64,000 nt of DNA, from the NCBI GenBank assembly GCA_030264375.1, contig JASCQW010000146.1, forward strand, positions 21,386,290 to 21,450,289, given 5' to 3'. The stretch comes from Carcharhinus longimanus (Eukaryota). The position numbers and the translations under genes were made by a program. The notes beneath the pieces are model-generated. The model was not told where the DNA came from and ran no database searches. It saw only the letters and a program-made list of their open reading frames with translations. Shown here one piece after another: positions 1-11,290 of the stretch (position 1 is the first letter of the stretch; the number at the start of each line of letters is the position of its first letter).

Positions 1-125
1 CTGTAACGCTACATTCTGCACTCTCTCGTTTCCTTCTCTATGAATGGTATGCTTTGTATAGCATGCAAGAAACAATACCTTTTACTGTATACTAATACAT
101 GTGACAGTAACAAATCAAGTCAAAT
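1..125 (+). mobile_element. Rex1/Babar 3' UTR end
   Basis: Close match by eye to 15008-15125. Confidence 0.8.
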
Positions 126-685
126 TTATCCCTGCAGGTGCATTTAAAACACTTTTAACATCTTCAGTAGGTCCAAAAATGCCTCACAGTCAATGACTTA
201 CTTGTGGAGTGTAGCCACAGTCTGAAGGAAAATATGGCAATCAGTTTGCTCACAGCAAGGTCCTAAAAACTATATTAAAAAAAAGATCAATAGAGTGGGA
301 CTTCTCACACACTCCACCCAACCAAACTCTCATGGCGTGTTTTACAGAGGCCACTGGCCAGCTAAAGGATCTTCAAGTTCTGCTGCTGTGAATGGGTTTT
401 CCAGTTGTTTGTACCCACTGCCACTAGTGAACCCATAACAGCATGGTCACCATCAGCAGGACCGGGAGATCTGTTTCAGTACTATTTGCTGAGGGATAAA
501 TGCTGACCACATTAAAATTGCTCTGCTCTTTTTCTAATGCGATGGGATCTTTTACCCTCTACCTGAGCAAGTAGGTGGGGTCTTATCTGAAAGGTACCAC
601 TTCTGATAATACAGCACTGTACTGAGATGTCAGCCCAGATAATGTGGTGGTGTCTCTAGAATGGATTTTGAACCCATAACCTATT

Positions 686-812
686 GGCTGGAATTTTACT
701 GCCCTGCTTGCCACGGGAATTGGAGTGGGTGAAGGGCAGACAATTGGAAGATCCATTGACCTTGGGTAAGATTTTATGGTTTTGGGACGAGCAAGACTAT
801 AAAATCCCTCCC
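686..812. mobile_element. ~125-bp MITE with GGCTGGAATTTTA/TAAAATCCCTCCC termini
   Basis: Imperfect TIRs. Same family in opposite orientation at 12713-12839, 19761-19877, 27429-27557, 39461-39582 and 39986-40096. Confidence 0.7.
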
Positions 813-1904
813 ATCGTTTCAGAAGGCAGAATGCGACCACTGACCTTATCTGAAGCAGTTTACCACGCATTCATTTTACAAAAATGTTTGCTTTTATCAA
901 AACAAATGAAGTTTTTCCCCTTAGTTTTTACTATTATAAGATGCTGTGCAAAGTGGAAAATAATTTATTCTCTGAGCAGCCCAAGTCTGCCATCAGGAGT
1001 CAATAGTCTGCCTCACCATCTGCAGTCTCTCTCTCTCTCATGCAACATGTCCATCAATGCTTGTCGAGCTTCCTTTATTATTTATATTTGGAGTGAAACA
1101 CCTCTGAATCAACAAAAGCCTTTAAGATTTTTCAGTCTATCAAAAGTCTGTCCTTAACACTGGCGAAAATCCTATTTCAATGAGCCAAGATCATAATTCC
1201 TCATGTTTGCCAAGCTGAAGTGCTTTGCCAAGCTATCATATGGTATCCCAGTGAGGACCTGATGGGATGCACCCAACTGAGACAAAGATGTTCAAATCCT
1301 GAAAACTGAACTCAGCCTGAACCATGGAGTTGTTACCCCAACCGGTAAACTGTTTAATTCATTAGGCTCCCATACTATATTTGCTCTTCTATTCTGTTGT
1401 CNNNNNNNNNNNNNNNNNNNNNNNNNNNNNNNNNNNNNNNNNNNNNNNNNNNCAAACCTACAGGTATATGGACCTTACAAGATTGAGTTCACTGTCCCTC
1501 CCCACCCCCCAACCCAGTAAATCTGAAATAGGAGCATACAAAAAGAACAGGGAGACACCAGCTGGTTCAGTGCATTTGTACTGCCTCAGTGCAAGTCGAC
1601 ACCAAGGCTGGAATTGTAGCCCAACCACACAATCTCTTGAGAGAAACACACAGAAAAAAGAGAAAGCAAAAATCTGGGCTGATTTAACAAAATAAAAAGT
1701 GTTGGGAATTCTTCTCCAAGCCTGGAGGTCATCAAACAATTTTCCAAAGACCATCGTGACCAAGTGACAATCACCCCCACCCCCCCACAATGTCCCACCT
1801 ATTCTGTTGTGTGTTGCAACATTGAATGCTTACAATAAAGCCATATTCAATGCATAAGCCCGCAGTCTGTTTCAAAGAAAACCCAACATATAATTGAAAT
1901 GCGA

Positions 1905-2032
1905 AATATTGAAGATGCTGGAAATCTGAAATAAAAGCAGAAAATCGTTTGGAAAAACTCAGCAGATCTGGCAGAGTCTGTGGAGAGAGAAACAGAGTTA
2001 ACGTTTCGAGTCTGTATGACTCTTCTTCAGAC
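1905..2032 (-). mobile_element. Penelope-like terminal repeat fragment with minimal hammerhead core
   Basis: Minus strand 2030-1997 reads CTGAAGA-A-GAGTC-ataca-GACTC-GAAA-CGTT-AAC: hammerhead boxes, perfect 5-bp helix II and a palindromic ACGT in place of helix III. Confidence 0.7.
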
Positions 2033-2045
2033 ATGTACACCAGTG

Positions 2046-2367
2046 GGGGCAGCACAGTAGTTAGCACTGCTGCTTCACAGTTCCAGGGACCTGGGTTCGA
2101 TTCTGGCTCAGGTCACTGTCTGTGTGGAGCTTGCACGTTCTCCTCATGTCTGCGTGGGTTTCCTTCGGGTGCTCCAGTTTCCTTCCCCACTCCAAAGATG
2201 TGCAGGTTAGGTTGATTGGCCATGCTAACATTGCCCCTCAGTGTCCTAAGATGCTTAGGTTAGAGGGATTAGTGGGTAACATCTGTAGGGATAGGGCCTG
2301 GGTGGGGTAGTGGTCGGTGCAGACTCGATGACCGAAGGGCCTCTTTCTGCACTGTAGGGTTCTATGG
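2046..2367 (+). mobile_element. HE1-type V-SINE, CR1-like tail (type A)
   Basis: tRNA-like head (GTTAGCACTGCTGC..GGGTTCGATTC), V-domain TGTCTGCGTGGGTTTCC, tail CTGCACTGTAGGGTTCTATG. Confidence 0.85.
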
Positions 2368-3411
2368 AATTCTCCAGCTGTTCATGCCCGTAGGATCTTC
2401 TTGACCCTCCCCTCATTTGCCACTACTCTCCACTCATTTTGAGTTTCAGGTTACCCTGTCAGTNNNNNNNNNNNNNNNNNNNNNNNNNNNNNNNNNNNNN
2501 NNNNNNNNNNNNNNNNNNNNNNNNNNNNNNNNNNNNNNNNNNNNNNNNNNNNNNNNNNNNNNNNNNNNNNNNNNNNNNNNNNNNNNNNNNNNNNNNNNNN
2601 NNNNNNNNNNNNNNNNNNNNNNNNNNNNNNNNNNNNNNNNNNNNNNNNNNNNNNNNNNNNNNNNNNNNNNNNNNNNNNNNNNNNNNNNNNNNNNNNNNNN
2701 NNNNNNNNNNNNNNNNNNNNNNNNNNNNNNNNNNNNNNNNNNNNNNNNNNNNNNNNNNNNNNNNNNNNNNNNNNNNNNNNNNNNNNNNNNNNNNNNNNNN
2801 NNNNNNNNNNNNNNNGGAGTTAGCTCTACCTTGCCGCTTGCCACCACTGCACTTGCAACCACCCACCACCACCTCCCCCCCACCCCCACCACATGAATTG
2901 TGACAGAATTATAGAAACCAATATCAAGGTAAGTATGCAAAGATCCTGTTACATCTGATACCCACCTTGATTTGATTTGCATAATAACACAGGCTGTAAG
3001 TTCTTTCCCTAAGGCCTCAAACCTTACAGGCAGCTGCTAGAGCTGTTTAAGTTGTTCCAAGAACTTACTGTTCCAATGGCGATGCTATATTCATGAAAAG
3101 ACTGCTGTTTGACTAACTCCATCGCTTCTGTCGTGCTCTGCTCACCTCTTGAACTCTGCTGGTTTCCTCCGGTGCTTTTACACCACCTTCGATCGTGTGA
3201 AATCAGTTCCATGAAGAATCAAGTAAACCCTGAATATATTTGCACATCCCCAGTCAACAAGAAAAAAAAATCTGTTAGTGCCATGTAACAGCTCAAACTC
3301 CCCCACCCCCCACTTCCCTCCTCCCACCCCCAAAACTTGATCTGGTATTCACAGCTTGACAACAGCTTCGGCAAGCAGACCGAGGCCATGAAACATGTGT
3401 CTGTATTCATT

Positions 3412-3468
3412 GTAAAAAGTCTGACAACACCAGGTTTTAGTCCAACCTACTAAAACCTGGTGTTGTCG
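3412..3468. repeat. 57-bp hairpin insertion related to the Penelope-like terminus, with 13-bp flanking direct repeat
   Basis: Perfect 19-bp stem GACAACACCAGGTTTTAGT / ACTAAAACCTGGTGTTGTC with 7-nt loop. GTCTGTATTCATT occurs at 3399-3411 and 3469-3481. Confidence 0.85.
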
Positions 3469-3502
3469 GTCTGTATTCATTACCATGGGCACCTTAGCAT
3501 GG

Positions 3503-3955
3503 TAAGAAGTCTGACGACACCAGGTTTAAATCCAACCGATTTATTTGATAGTAAACTCGCGAGCTTTCGGGGTTTGCCCCTTCGTGAGGCGAATGGAGAG
3601 GCCTGACGAAGGGGCAAACCCTGAAAGCTTGCGAGTTTACTATCAAATAAATCGGTTGGACTTAAACCTGGCGTTGTCAGACTTCTTAGTTGCGAGGGCA
3701 CTCGGGTCGCGTTTTTTTTTTCACCTACTATAAATTNNNNNNNNNNNNNNNNNNNNNNNNNNNNNNNNNNNNNNNNNNNNNNNNNNNNNNNNNNNNNNNN
3801 NNNNNNNNNNNNNNNNNNNNNNNNNNNNNNNNNNNNAGGTGTTGACGTGATCGGCGCAACTCGTGGGCCGAAGGGCCTGTTTGTGCTGTAGTGTTCTATG
3901 TTCTATGTTCTTACTGTGTTTACCCCAGTCCAACGCCGGCATCTGCACATCATCT
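3503..3955. mobile_element. Penelope-derived fold-back element (palindrome 3503-3688, tail ~3908-3955) interrupted by a CR1-type 3' end
   Basis: About 88-bp inverted arms. + strand core CTGACGA(3603)-A-GGGG-caaa-CCCT-GAAA(3623)-GCTT. Tail ACCCCAGTCCAACGCCGGCATC is shared with the copies at 51001 and ~52826. Confidence 0.75.
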
Positions 3956-4164
3956 TAGCATGTCCAGATTCAGCAACAAGGTCACTGATTCTGGTAAATA
4001 GACACCACCATATTCGCATGACAGTTTTGAAGCGGCAAAGTGTTCAGAAAATCACAGTATTTAAGGTTCTGTTTAAAGAAAAGTTAGATTATGATTCACT
4101 TGTCTAATTTTTCAGAGCCCTGATTGTGCTTATTTCATTGGTACTACTGACTAAAAGCATATTC

Positions 4165-5085
4165 GCCTCATTGAAGGCCTTCGTGAGAGGATTTGAGTAC
4201 AGGAATAGAGATGTTTTACTGCAATTGTACAGGGCATTGGTGAGGCCACAGCTAGAGTATTGTGTGCAGTTTTGATTTCCTTATCTGAGGAATGATGTCC
4301 TTGCCATAGAGGGAGTGCAGAGGAGGTTTACCAGGCTGATTCCGGGATGGCAGGTCTGTCGTATGAGAAGGCACTAAGTTAATTACAATTATCTTCATTG
4401 GAGCTTGGAAGAGTGAGAGGGGATATCATAGAAACTTATAAAATTCTAACAGGGTTAAACAGTGTAGGTTCAGAATGTTCTCGATGGTATGGGAGTACAG
4501 AACTAGGGACCATAATTTAAGGATAAGGTATAAACCTTTCAGGACTGAGCTTAGGAGAAATATCTTCACCCAGAGAGTGGTGTATCTGTGGAATTCACTA
4601 TCACAGAAAGTAGTTGAGGCCAAAACATTGTGTGATTTCAAGAAGAAATTAGATATAGCTCTTNNNNNNNNNNNNNNNNNNNNNNNNNNNNNNNNNNNNN
4701 NNNNNNNNNNNNNNNNNNNNNNNNNNNNNNNNNNNNNNNNNNNNNNNNNNNNNNNNNNNNNNNNNNNNNNNNNNNNNNNNNNNNNNNNNNNNNNNNNNNN
4801 NNNNNNNNNNNNNNNNNNNNNNNNNNNNNNNNNNNNNNNNNNNNNNNNNNNNNNNNNNNNNNNNNNNNNNNNNNNNNNNNNNNNNNCTCCCACAGAAAGT
4901 AGTTGAGGCCAAAACATTGTGTGATTTCAAGAAGAAATTAGATATAGCTCTTGGGGCTAAAGGGATCAAGGGAAATGAGAGAAGAGGGGTATTAAGATAT
5001 TGGATTTGATGATCAGCCATGATCATCAGTGATGATGATAATGAATGGTGGAGCAGGCTCGAGGGGCTGAATGGCCTACTGTTGC
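4165..5085 (+). mobile_element. CR1/HER1-type LINE 3' fragment (RT C-terminus and 3' UTR), gapped
   Basis: LYRALVRPQLEYCVQF, RTRDHNLRI...FRTELRRNIFTQRVVYLWNSL, tail GGGGCTGAATGGCCTACT. Confidence 0.9.
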
Positions 5086-5689
5086 TGTTTTGTTTGCCTC
5101 CAGAGGGTTAGAATCAAATACTCTTTCACAAGTCAATTGTGCTGCTGAAGGAAAATCCAGACACATCATTTATGGAGGACTAAATTCTGTCCCCTTACCC
5201 CACCCCAGACCAGCAAATAGTTTTAACAACGTGTACCTTTGATGGTATAACAATCACAGATGACAATCTGTTACCTGTCACCCCCTGTCAACAGGAAACG
5301 TTATAATTGTTATTGCTGTTTTTTCTTTCCGCACCCAGCAATGCACGAGGCAGACTTCCATCTGCTTTCATAGCAAGTTTTTTTTCCTGGAACAGGTTGT
5401 TAGTCTGTCACTAGAGGCTTATAGCTTGAGGAGTGCCATTCCACATCCAAGAATGGCTGGCCAGGAGAGTCTCCCACTCTTATTGCTTGCTGTTGGCCTG
5501 TTGGAAAGATTTTGTGGGTTAATACTCAATCTGCTGGCCACGTTATTCCTTGGCCATCAGGTCCTGGGATGGAACTCGAACCCAGATCTTCTGCCTCAGA
5601 GACAGTGACACTACCCACTGCAGCACAAGACCTCCTCCAAACTTATAATAGCATGGCATTAAAATTCATACTAGTAGCTGAAAGCAGTT

Positions 5690-5994
5690 GGCATGGTGGC
5701 ACAATGGTTAGCACTGCTGCCTCACAGACCAGGGACCCAGATTCAATTCTGGCTTTGGATCACTGTCTGTGTGGAATTTGCACATTCTCCCCATGTCCGA
5801 GTGAGCTTCCTCCAAGTGATCCGGTTTCCTCCCACAGTCCAAAAACATGTGAGTTAGGCTGATTGATCATGCTAAATTACCTCTTAGTGTCAGGGGACTA
5901 GCTAGGGATCATTGGGATAGGGTCTTTGTAGGATTGTGGTCGATGTAGCCTCAACGGGCCAAATGGCCTCTTGCACTGTCAGGATTCTATGATT
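5690..5994 (+). mobile_element. V-SINE type A
   Basis: Same head, core and GGCCAAATGGCCTC...GATTCTATGATT tail. Confidence 0.85.
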
Positions 5995-6394
5995 AATTAT
6001 TGTGATCTTGGACAAATAACTATATATATCCAATTCACCAAATGACTTGGTGTTGATCTTATATTGTAGCTGATAACTGTCACAATGTGAGAATGCTAAG
6101 TAACACAGGCAGCGCTGCAAAACAGGCTGAACTCAAATATTTTATTAGGGGGCTGCAGACTGGCTAATGATGGGAGGTCAGATTGTTTCCATTGCTGAAA
6201 ACTGAGGCAAATGCTCGAAGTTTGTTCTGTTGCCATTCCTTTGTTGCTAAAGGTGATGATACTTGCTAAAGTACTGTAGCATTACGTCAGATCATCACCC
6301 TTCATCTCAGAGCCTAAATAAAGAATATCTGCGCCTTATTTATCCTTGAAGGCTACAATAATCACAGTGTAATCTTATACAAATATAAACTTAT

Positions 6395-8158
6395 TCAAAT
6401 ACGTATATTCATTAGAAAAAATTTCAGCAGGCACCATTCAATTGAAATCAGCAACAGAAGCCTACCTTTCCTTTTCCCATTCCCCAGTTTTATTGCCCCC
6501 ATTCCATCCCAGTTGAAATCCAATAAATTAAACTGGAATAGGATGTGGAACCTTCCTACTGTGTGAGGTTCAAAGATCACACATGGGGTGCACTTACTGA
6601 GTGATCAGTATTGTGGTAATAATCAATCATAGAATCACAGAATCCCTACTGTGCAGAAAGAGGCCATTTGGTCCTTTGAGAATGCACCAACAACAATCCC
6701 AGCCAGGCCCTATCCAAACCCTATCCCCATAACCCCTCGTATTTACCCTGCTAATTTCCCTTACACTAAGGGGCAATTGAGCATGGCCAAACAACCTAAC
6801 CCGCACATCTTTGGACTGTGGGAGGAAACCAGAGCAGCGGGGGGAAACCCATGCAGACATGGGAAAAATGTGCAAACTCCATACAGCCACCCGAGTCCAG
6901 AATTGAACCCAGGTCCTTGGTGCTGTNNNNNNNNNNNNNNNNNNNNNNNNNNNNNNNNNNNNNNNNNNNNNNNNNNNNNNNNNNNNNNNNNNNNNNNNNN
7001 NNNNNNNNNNNNNNNNNNNNNNNNNNTGAGGCAGCAGTGCCAACCACTGTGCCACCGTACCACCCATTATCCATAATAATAATGATCCATTATAAATAAT
7101 ATTTAGAATATGGCTATTATCTTATGAAATCTGCACTTTAGTTAGGCAGGATATTTATTTTGTAAGGTATTGAGCTTGATTGCTAAATCCTTGGCAGTGA
7201 ATGAGGTGTTACATAATAGAGAGCACGATATTTGATAGTAGAAAGGGATTTGTTAATGTGTCGTGCTGATTAAAGACGTGGGGATAGATGTTATTCTTGG
7301 TGAATGGCAGAATTTTTCAGACACTAAGTAGCAGCACAGTGCGTTCTACTTTCCATCTGGCCTTAAACATTCATAAGAATGCAATGTTGCGAACTAAGAT
7401 ACAATAATGAGATACATCAAGCGTTCATCTGATGACAAAGATAAGCACAGAGGAATGAAATAAATTAATTATAAAGTGTCTAGAGACATATACAAGAAGG
7501 ATATAGGGAAAAACTTAATTGCAGTGAAACTGTACAATTGTTCCTTATATTTTCCCCCTTTTTTGTAGAAGACTAAATTGTTGCTAGCTAAAACCCTCTT
7601 CTCCATAAGAAATGGTTTATTCATACTGCCTAAAATTAAGTCTGTTACCTCCCATTCTGACATTTTCTACTCTCTGTTATTATAAACTTTGAAATTAAGA
7701 TGGAAGCTTTAAGATCAGACACCAGCAGCATATTTTATCATCTAGTTTTGTCATTTTTTTTTCTTAAAGTTACTGAGCTTATAAGTATGTCTGTGAACAT
7801 GTCTATTCTTGATTTCTACTCATTGGGCAAAATTTAGTGGAGTGGGCAAGATGGTGGGTGGACTCAGAGAATCACATGAGAGATGGTGAATCTGACTCCT
7901 GGCAGTGGTAATATTGTCCCAAAGAAGTGTGTGATTATTGCCACAATATTGATCACTCAGTAAGTGCACCTCATGTGTGATCTTTGAGCCTCACACAGCA
8001 GGTTCCACATTCTCCTCCAGTTTAATTCATTGGATTTCAACTAGGGTGGAATGGGGTCAATAAAACTGGGGAATGGGAAAAGGAGAGGTAGACTTCCATT
8101 GCTGATTTCAATTGAATGGTGCCTGCTGAAATTTTTTCAAATGAATATACGTATATGA
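6395..8158. repeat. ~230-bp inverted duplication (6395-6625 vs 7932-8158)
   Basis: ATACGTATATTCATT.GAAAAAATTTCAGCAGGCACCATTCAATTGAAATCAGCAA... and its reverse complement, high identity by eye. Confidence 0.9.
6626..7065 (-). mobile_element. V-SINE type A containing an N gap
   Basis: Reverse complement of the same consensus. Confidence 0.85.
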
Positions 8159-8949
8159 CATATGTATGAGAAGTATGTGGCTGATGTGGGAAAGTTGCCC
8201 ACTTGAGAGTCAGTTAGGCTTATTAGGGCACCATTTAAATTCAATTATCAGTAAACCCATTGGGATTTAATGCTGAATGAGCAATTAAATAATTAACAAC
8301 TGGGTCTCCTGTGCCTCCAGAACTTCACTGAGAAAACCCTGTCAGGTTTGCACATGACCAACAATGGAGGGCACTCAGTGCCTGATTGAAGGGCCGACAT
8401 TGGGAGAGGAGGTGCCCAGTGAAAGCCACTCTTTTGCTCTTGCTTCTAACCCCTCTCTGCCCACTTTTTTGGTGGCCCCTCCCCTTCCCCTGCCCTGTCA
8501 TGTCTCTAGCCCTCTCTATTTACCTCACACCAACAACAGGCAATGTTCCTGGTGATACTGTCCGCACTAATTAGAGAACTGTTAGCCTATGATTGCCTGA
8601 CGGCTCTGGGGAGTGGGATTTCCACTCTCCTGATAGGAGGCCTGGCCCTGTTCAGGTAAGGCCCTGGTTGCCTGGTAATTGCAGTGGGCCTCCTGGGGGA
8701 AAAAAAAATCAATGTGGGGTTTTCACCAGTTCCCCAACAGGTGGGCAAGATTCCAATCGCCAACATCAAATTCCACCCAAAATATTAGCAGTAAGATGGT
8801 CTCTGACAAAGGAAAACCAGGGCTAGAATTTTATGTTCCCTGTCCTGGAAGGTTCTGAGGCTAAGAGAGGGTATTGGGTAGCATGGGGGGTGTGAAATTG
8901 CAGAGGCCTGAATTTTTACCTCATCGGGCAAACGCAATTGGCCAAGCCA

Positions 8950-10420
8950 GAAGCCGATGTAAAATTTGGGTCCCTCATCCATCAGCTCCTGATGAAACTT
9001 TGACAAGGCAGAGCAAATGGAGACATATCTGCAATGCAGAGACAAGATAACCCTCAAAGATGGGGTGCTATTGTTGCAGATTGTACCGCCCTTGGGGCAA
9101 CAGCCTCAGCTCCAAGATTTACATGATGCCCATCCAGGTCAGAGCAGAATGAAAACGGAGGCCAGAAATTACATCTGATGGGCCTGTCATTGACAGAGAA
9201 ATTGCACAAATGATCGGGCAGTGCCAGCAAAAGTTACCAACACTATTGAACATGCACCCTGGGAGTAGCCGGGTTGTCTGTGACCACAGCTTCATGTAGA
9301 TTTTGCTGGACTATTTTTGTTCCTGACCATCATAGGTGCCCGTTCCAAGCGGCTGAACATTTAGCTAATGAGGTCCACCACAGTTACGTCTACAGTTGAG
9401 AAGCTGAAGCAGATCTTTGCGATCCATGGTCTTCACAGAGTGTTGGTGTCAGGCAATGGAACTGCATTCACAGCTGACAAATTTCAGACTTTCATCAAGT
9501 TAGATCATTCAGCATTCATCATGTTGGATCAGCCCTTTACCAACTGGCCTCAAATGGTTGGCAGAATGAGCCATGTAGACATTCAAGGCTTCCATGAAGC
9601 AGCAGGTTCATTGGCTTTTACCATTGTGATTGTCAAATTTTTGCTGTCCTACAACACTACATCTCAGACCAACACTGGGGTCACGCCTGCAAAATTGGTA
9701 ATGGGCTGGCACTTGCATACTTGTTTGGACTTAATTTCCCAAATTTGTAACACTGAAGGCCAGGCAAGCCTCTCAGAAAGGGAACAGGTCATTTAATGTG
9801 GAATTTTAGTGGCAGATCTGCTTGGTTACCAGGGAAAATTGTGGAGAAGACAGGGCCAGTCTTGTATGTGGTGGAGACACAGGGCTGTCGAGTAAAGAGG
9901 TATGTCAACCACTGACGCAAGAGAGTCAAGCCAGCTACAGGAGCCAAGTAAGTGTGCCCCACGTCCAGTTTGTATCAATCTCTGAAACAGAGATTCCAGT
10001 GCCAGTGATGGGGCCAAGGCTGCCCCTGGCTTCAGTGGCTGAGGCAGAGGAAGGGGCTGGCAAGGGCCTAGTTCCTGAGGAGATTAGCACGTCTGTTCCA
10101 TCAGTGGATCCTATGTCATGACTTGTTCCTCCCTGGTCTCCCTCCTGTAATATTGTTGTTTGCCTGCCTTTGTGTAACTGTTTTACTTTTAGTTTCAACA
10201 TAGGTAGTCCAAGATGTTGGGGGGAAGGAGTGTGGTCCCACTGGGCGATCATTTGCAGGGCCATGTGATCGCGCCAGAGCCAGTGGAGTGCAAGCATGCA
10301 AACCTGGGCCTGTCAGGAGTGAGGGCGTGCTTCCCTGGGGCTGGAAGGCTTCTGTTGGAGTAAAGGCATTGTTAGTAGACCTGCACAGTTGTGTCCTTAA
10401 ACCCATCATTGTATATCATT
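8950..10420 (+). mobile_element. Second Gypsy remnant: integrase region, polypurine tract and probable 3' LTR
   Basis: HPGQSRMKTEARNY, HVDFAG and STVEKLKQIFAIHGL...YNTTSQTNTGVTPAKLVMG. GGGGGGAAGGAG at 10219-10230 followed by TGTGG at 10231. Confidence 0.8.
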
Positions 10421-11040
10421 CTTCTTATTCAATAAATTCTTTAATTTGTTACTTGCCACATCGAGTAGCCTCAAGTTACCACAGTGGCTGAACTATTGGA
10501 AGCCATTTAGAGGGAAGTAGAAGTGTGCAAATGAGGACAGAAACATAAAGAAGCTCTCCAGATGCTTGGTATCTTTTTTGCATTTGAATTAAGAAAATAT
10601 TAATCACTTGTCTGTGTTTACCAAGCACATTGTTCAGTTTAAATAGTCTCTTTGTTAAATAGCCTCTCAAACTGCTATTGTTTTATCATTTTCACAATCC
10701 TGTAGTAATACCTTCATTTTTTTGCTTTTATTTTCATATTAAGTGATTCATGCTCTCAGCTTACATCAAGGGCCTTTCTAAAGTGATGTTCATAGCACTG
10801 ACTGCAGACAGTTACAGTGAGTAATGATGATGAACAGCTCACTGCCCCTTGGGATAATCTGGTGCAGCCTTTCGATTTGATTTTTTTAAAAATTCATTCA
10901 TGGGTCATGGGCATCACTAGCTGGCCAACATTTATCGCCCATCTTCTAGTTGCCCTTGGAGGTCATTTGAGAGTCAACCACACTGCTGTGGATCTGGAGT
11001 CACAAGTAGGTCAGACCAGGTAAGGACGACAGATTTCCTT

Positions 11041-11290
11041 GATTATGCTGGTTGCTTTTCCAAAGCTGTGGGACGTGTAGACAGAGTCAGTGAGAGAAGG
11101 CTGATTTGAGTGATGGACTAGGCTATATTCATGACCGTTTATAGTTTCTTGTGGTCTCGGACAGAACAGGAGTCATACCAAGCTGTGATACAACCAGAAT
11201 GAATGCTTTCTATGGTGCATCTGTAAAAGTTGCTGAGAGTCATAGCGGGCATGTCAAATTTCCTTGGCCTCCTGAGAAAGTAGGAGCTGA
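11041..11290 (-). mobile_element. Rex1/Babar internal fragment
   Basis: YFLRRPRKFDMPAMTLSNFYRCTIESIHSGCITAWYDSCS. Confidence 0.8.

Noticed and set aside
2893-2934. ATG followed 36 nt later by a perfect AAG|GTAAGT donor
   Set aside because: Phase 0 and not hydrophobic (MNCDRIIETNIK), so incompatible with FNDC5 exon A.
3503-3688. CRISPR array or prokaryotic terminator/IS interpretation of the palindromes
   Set aside because: No regularly spaced repeat-spacer structure, and the context is a spliced vertebrate gene with retroelements.
4600-4952. Apparent ~60-bp direct repeat either side of the 4664-4886 gap
   Set aside because: Identical sequence on both sides of Ns is typical of unmerged contig overlap.
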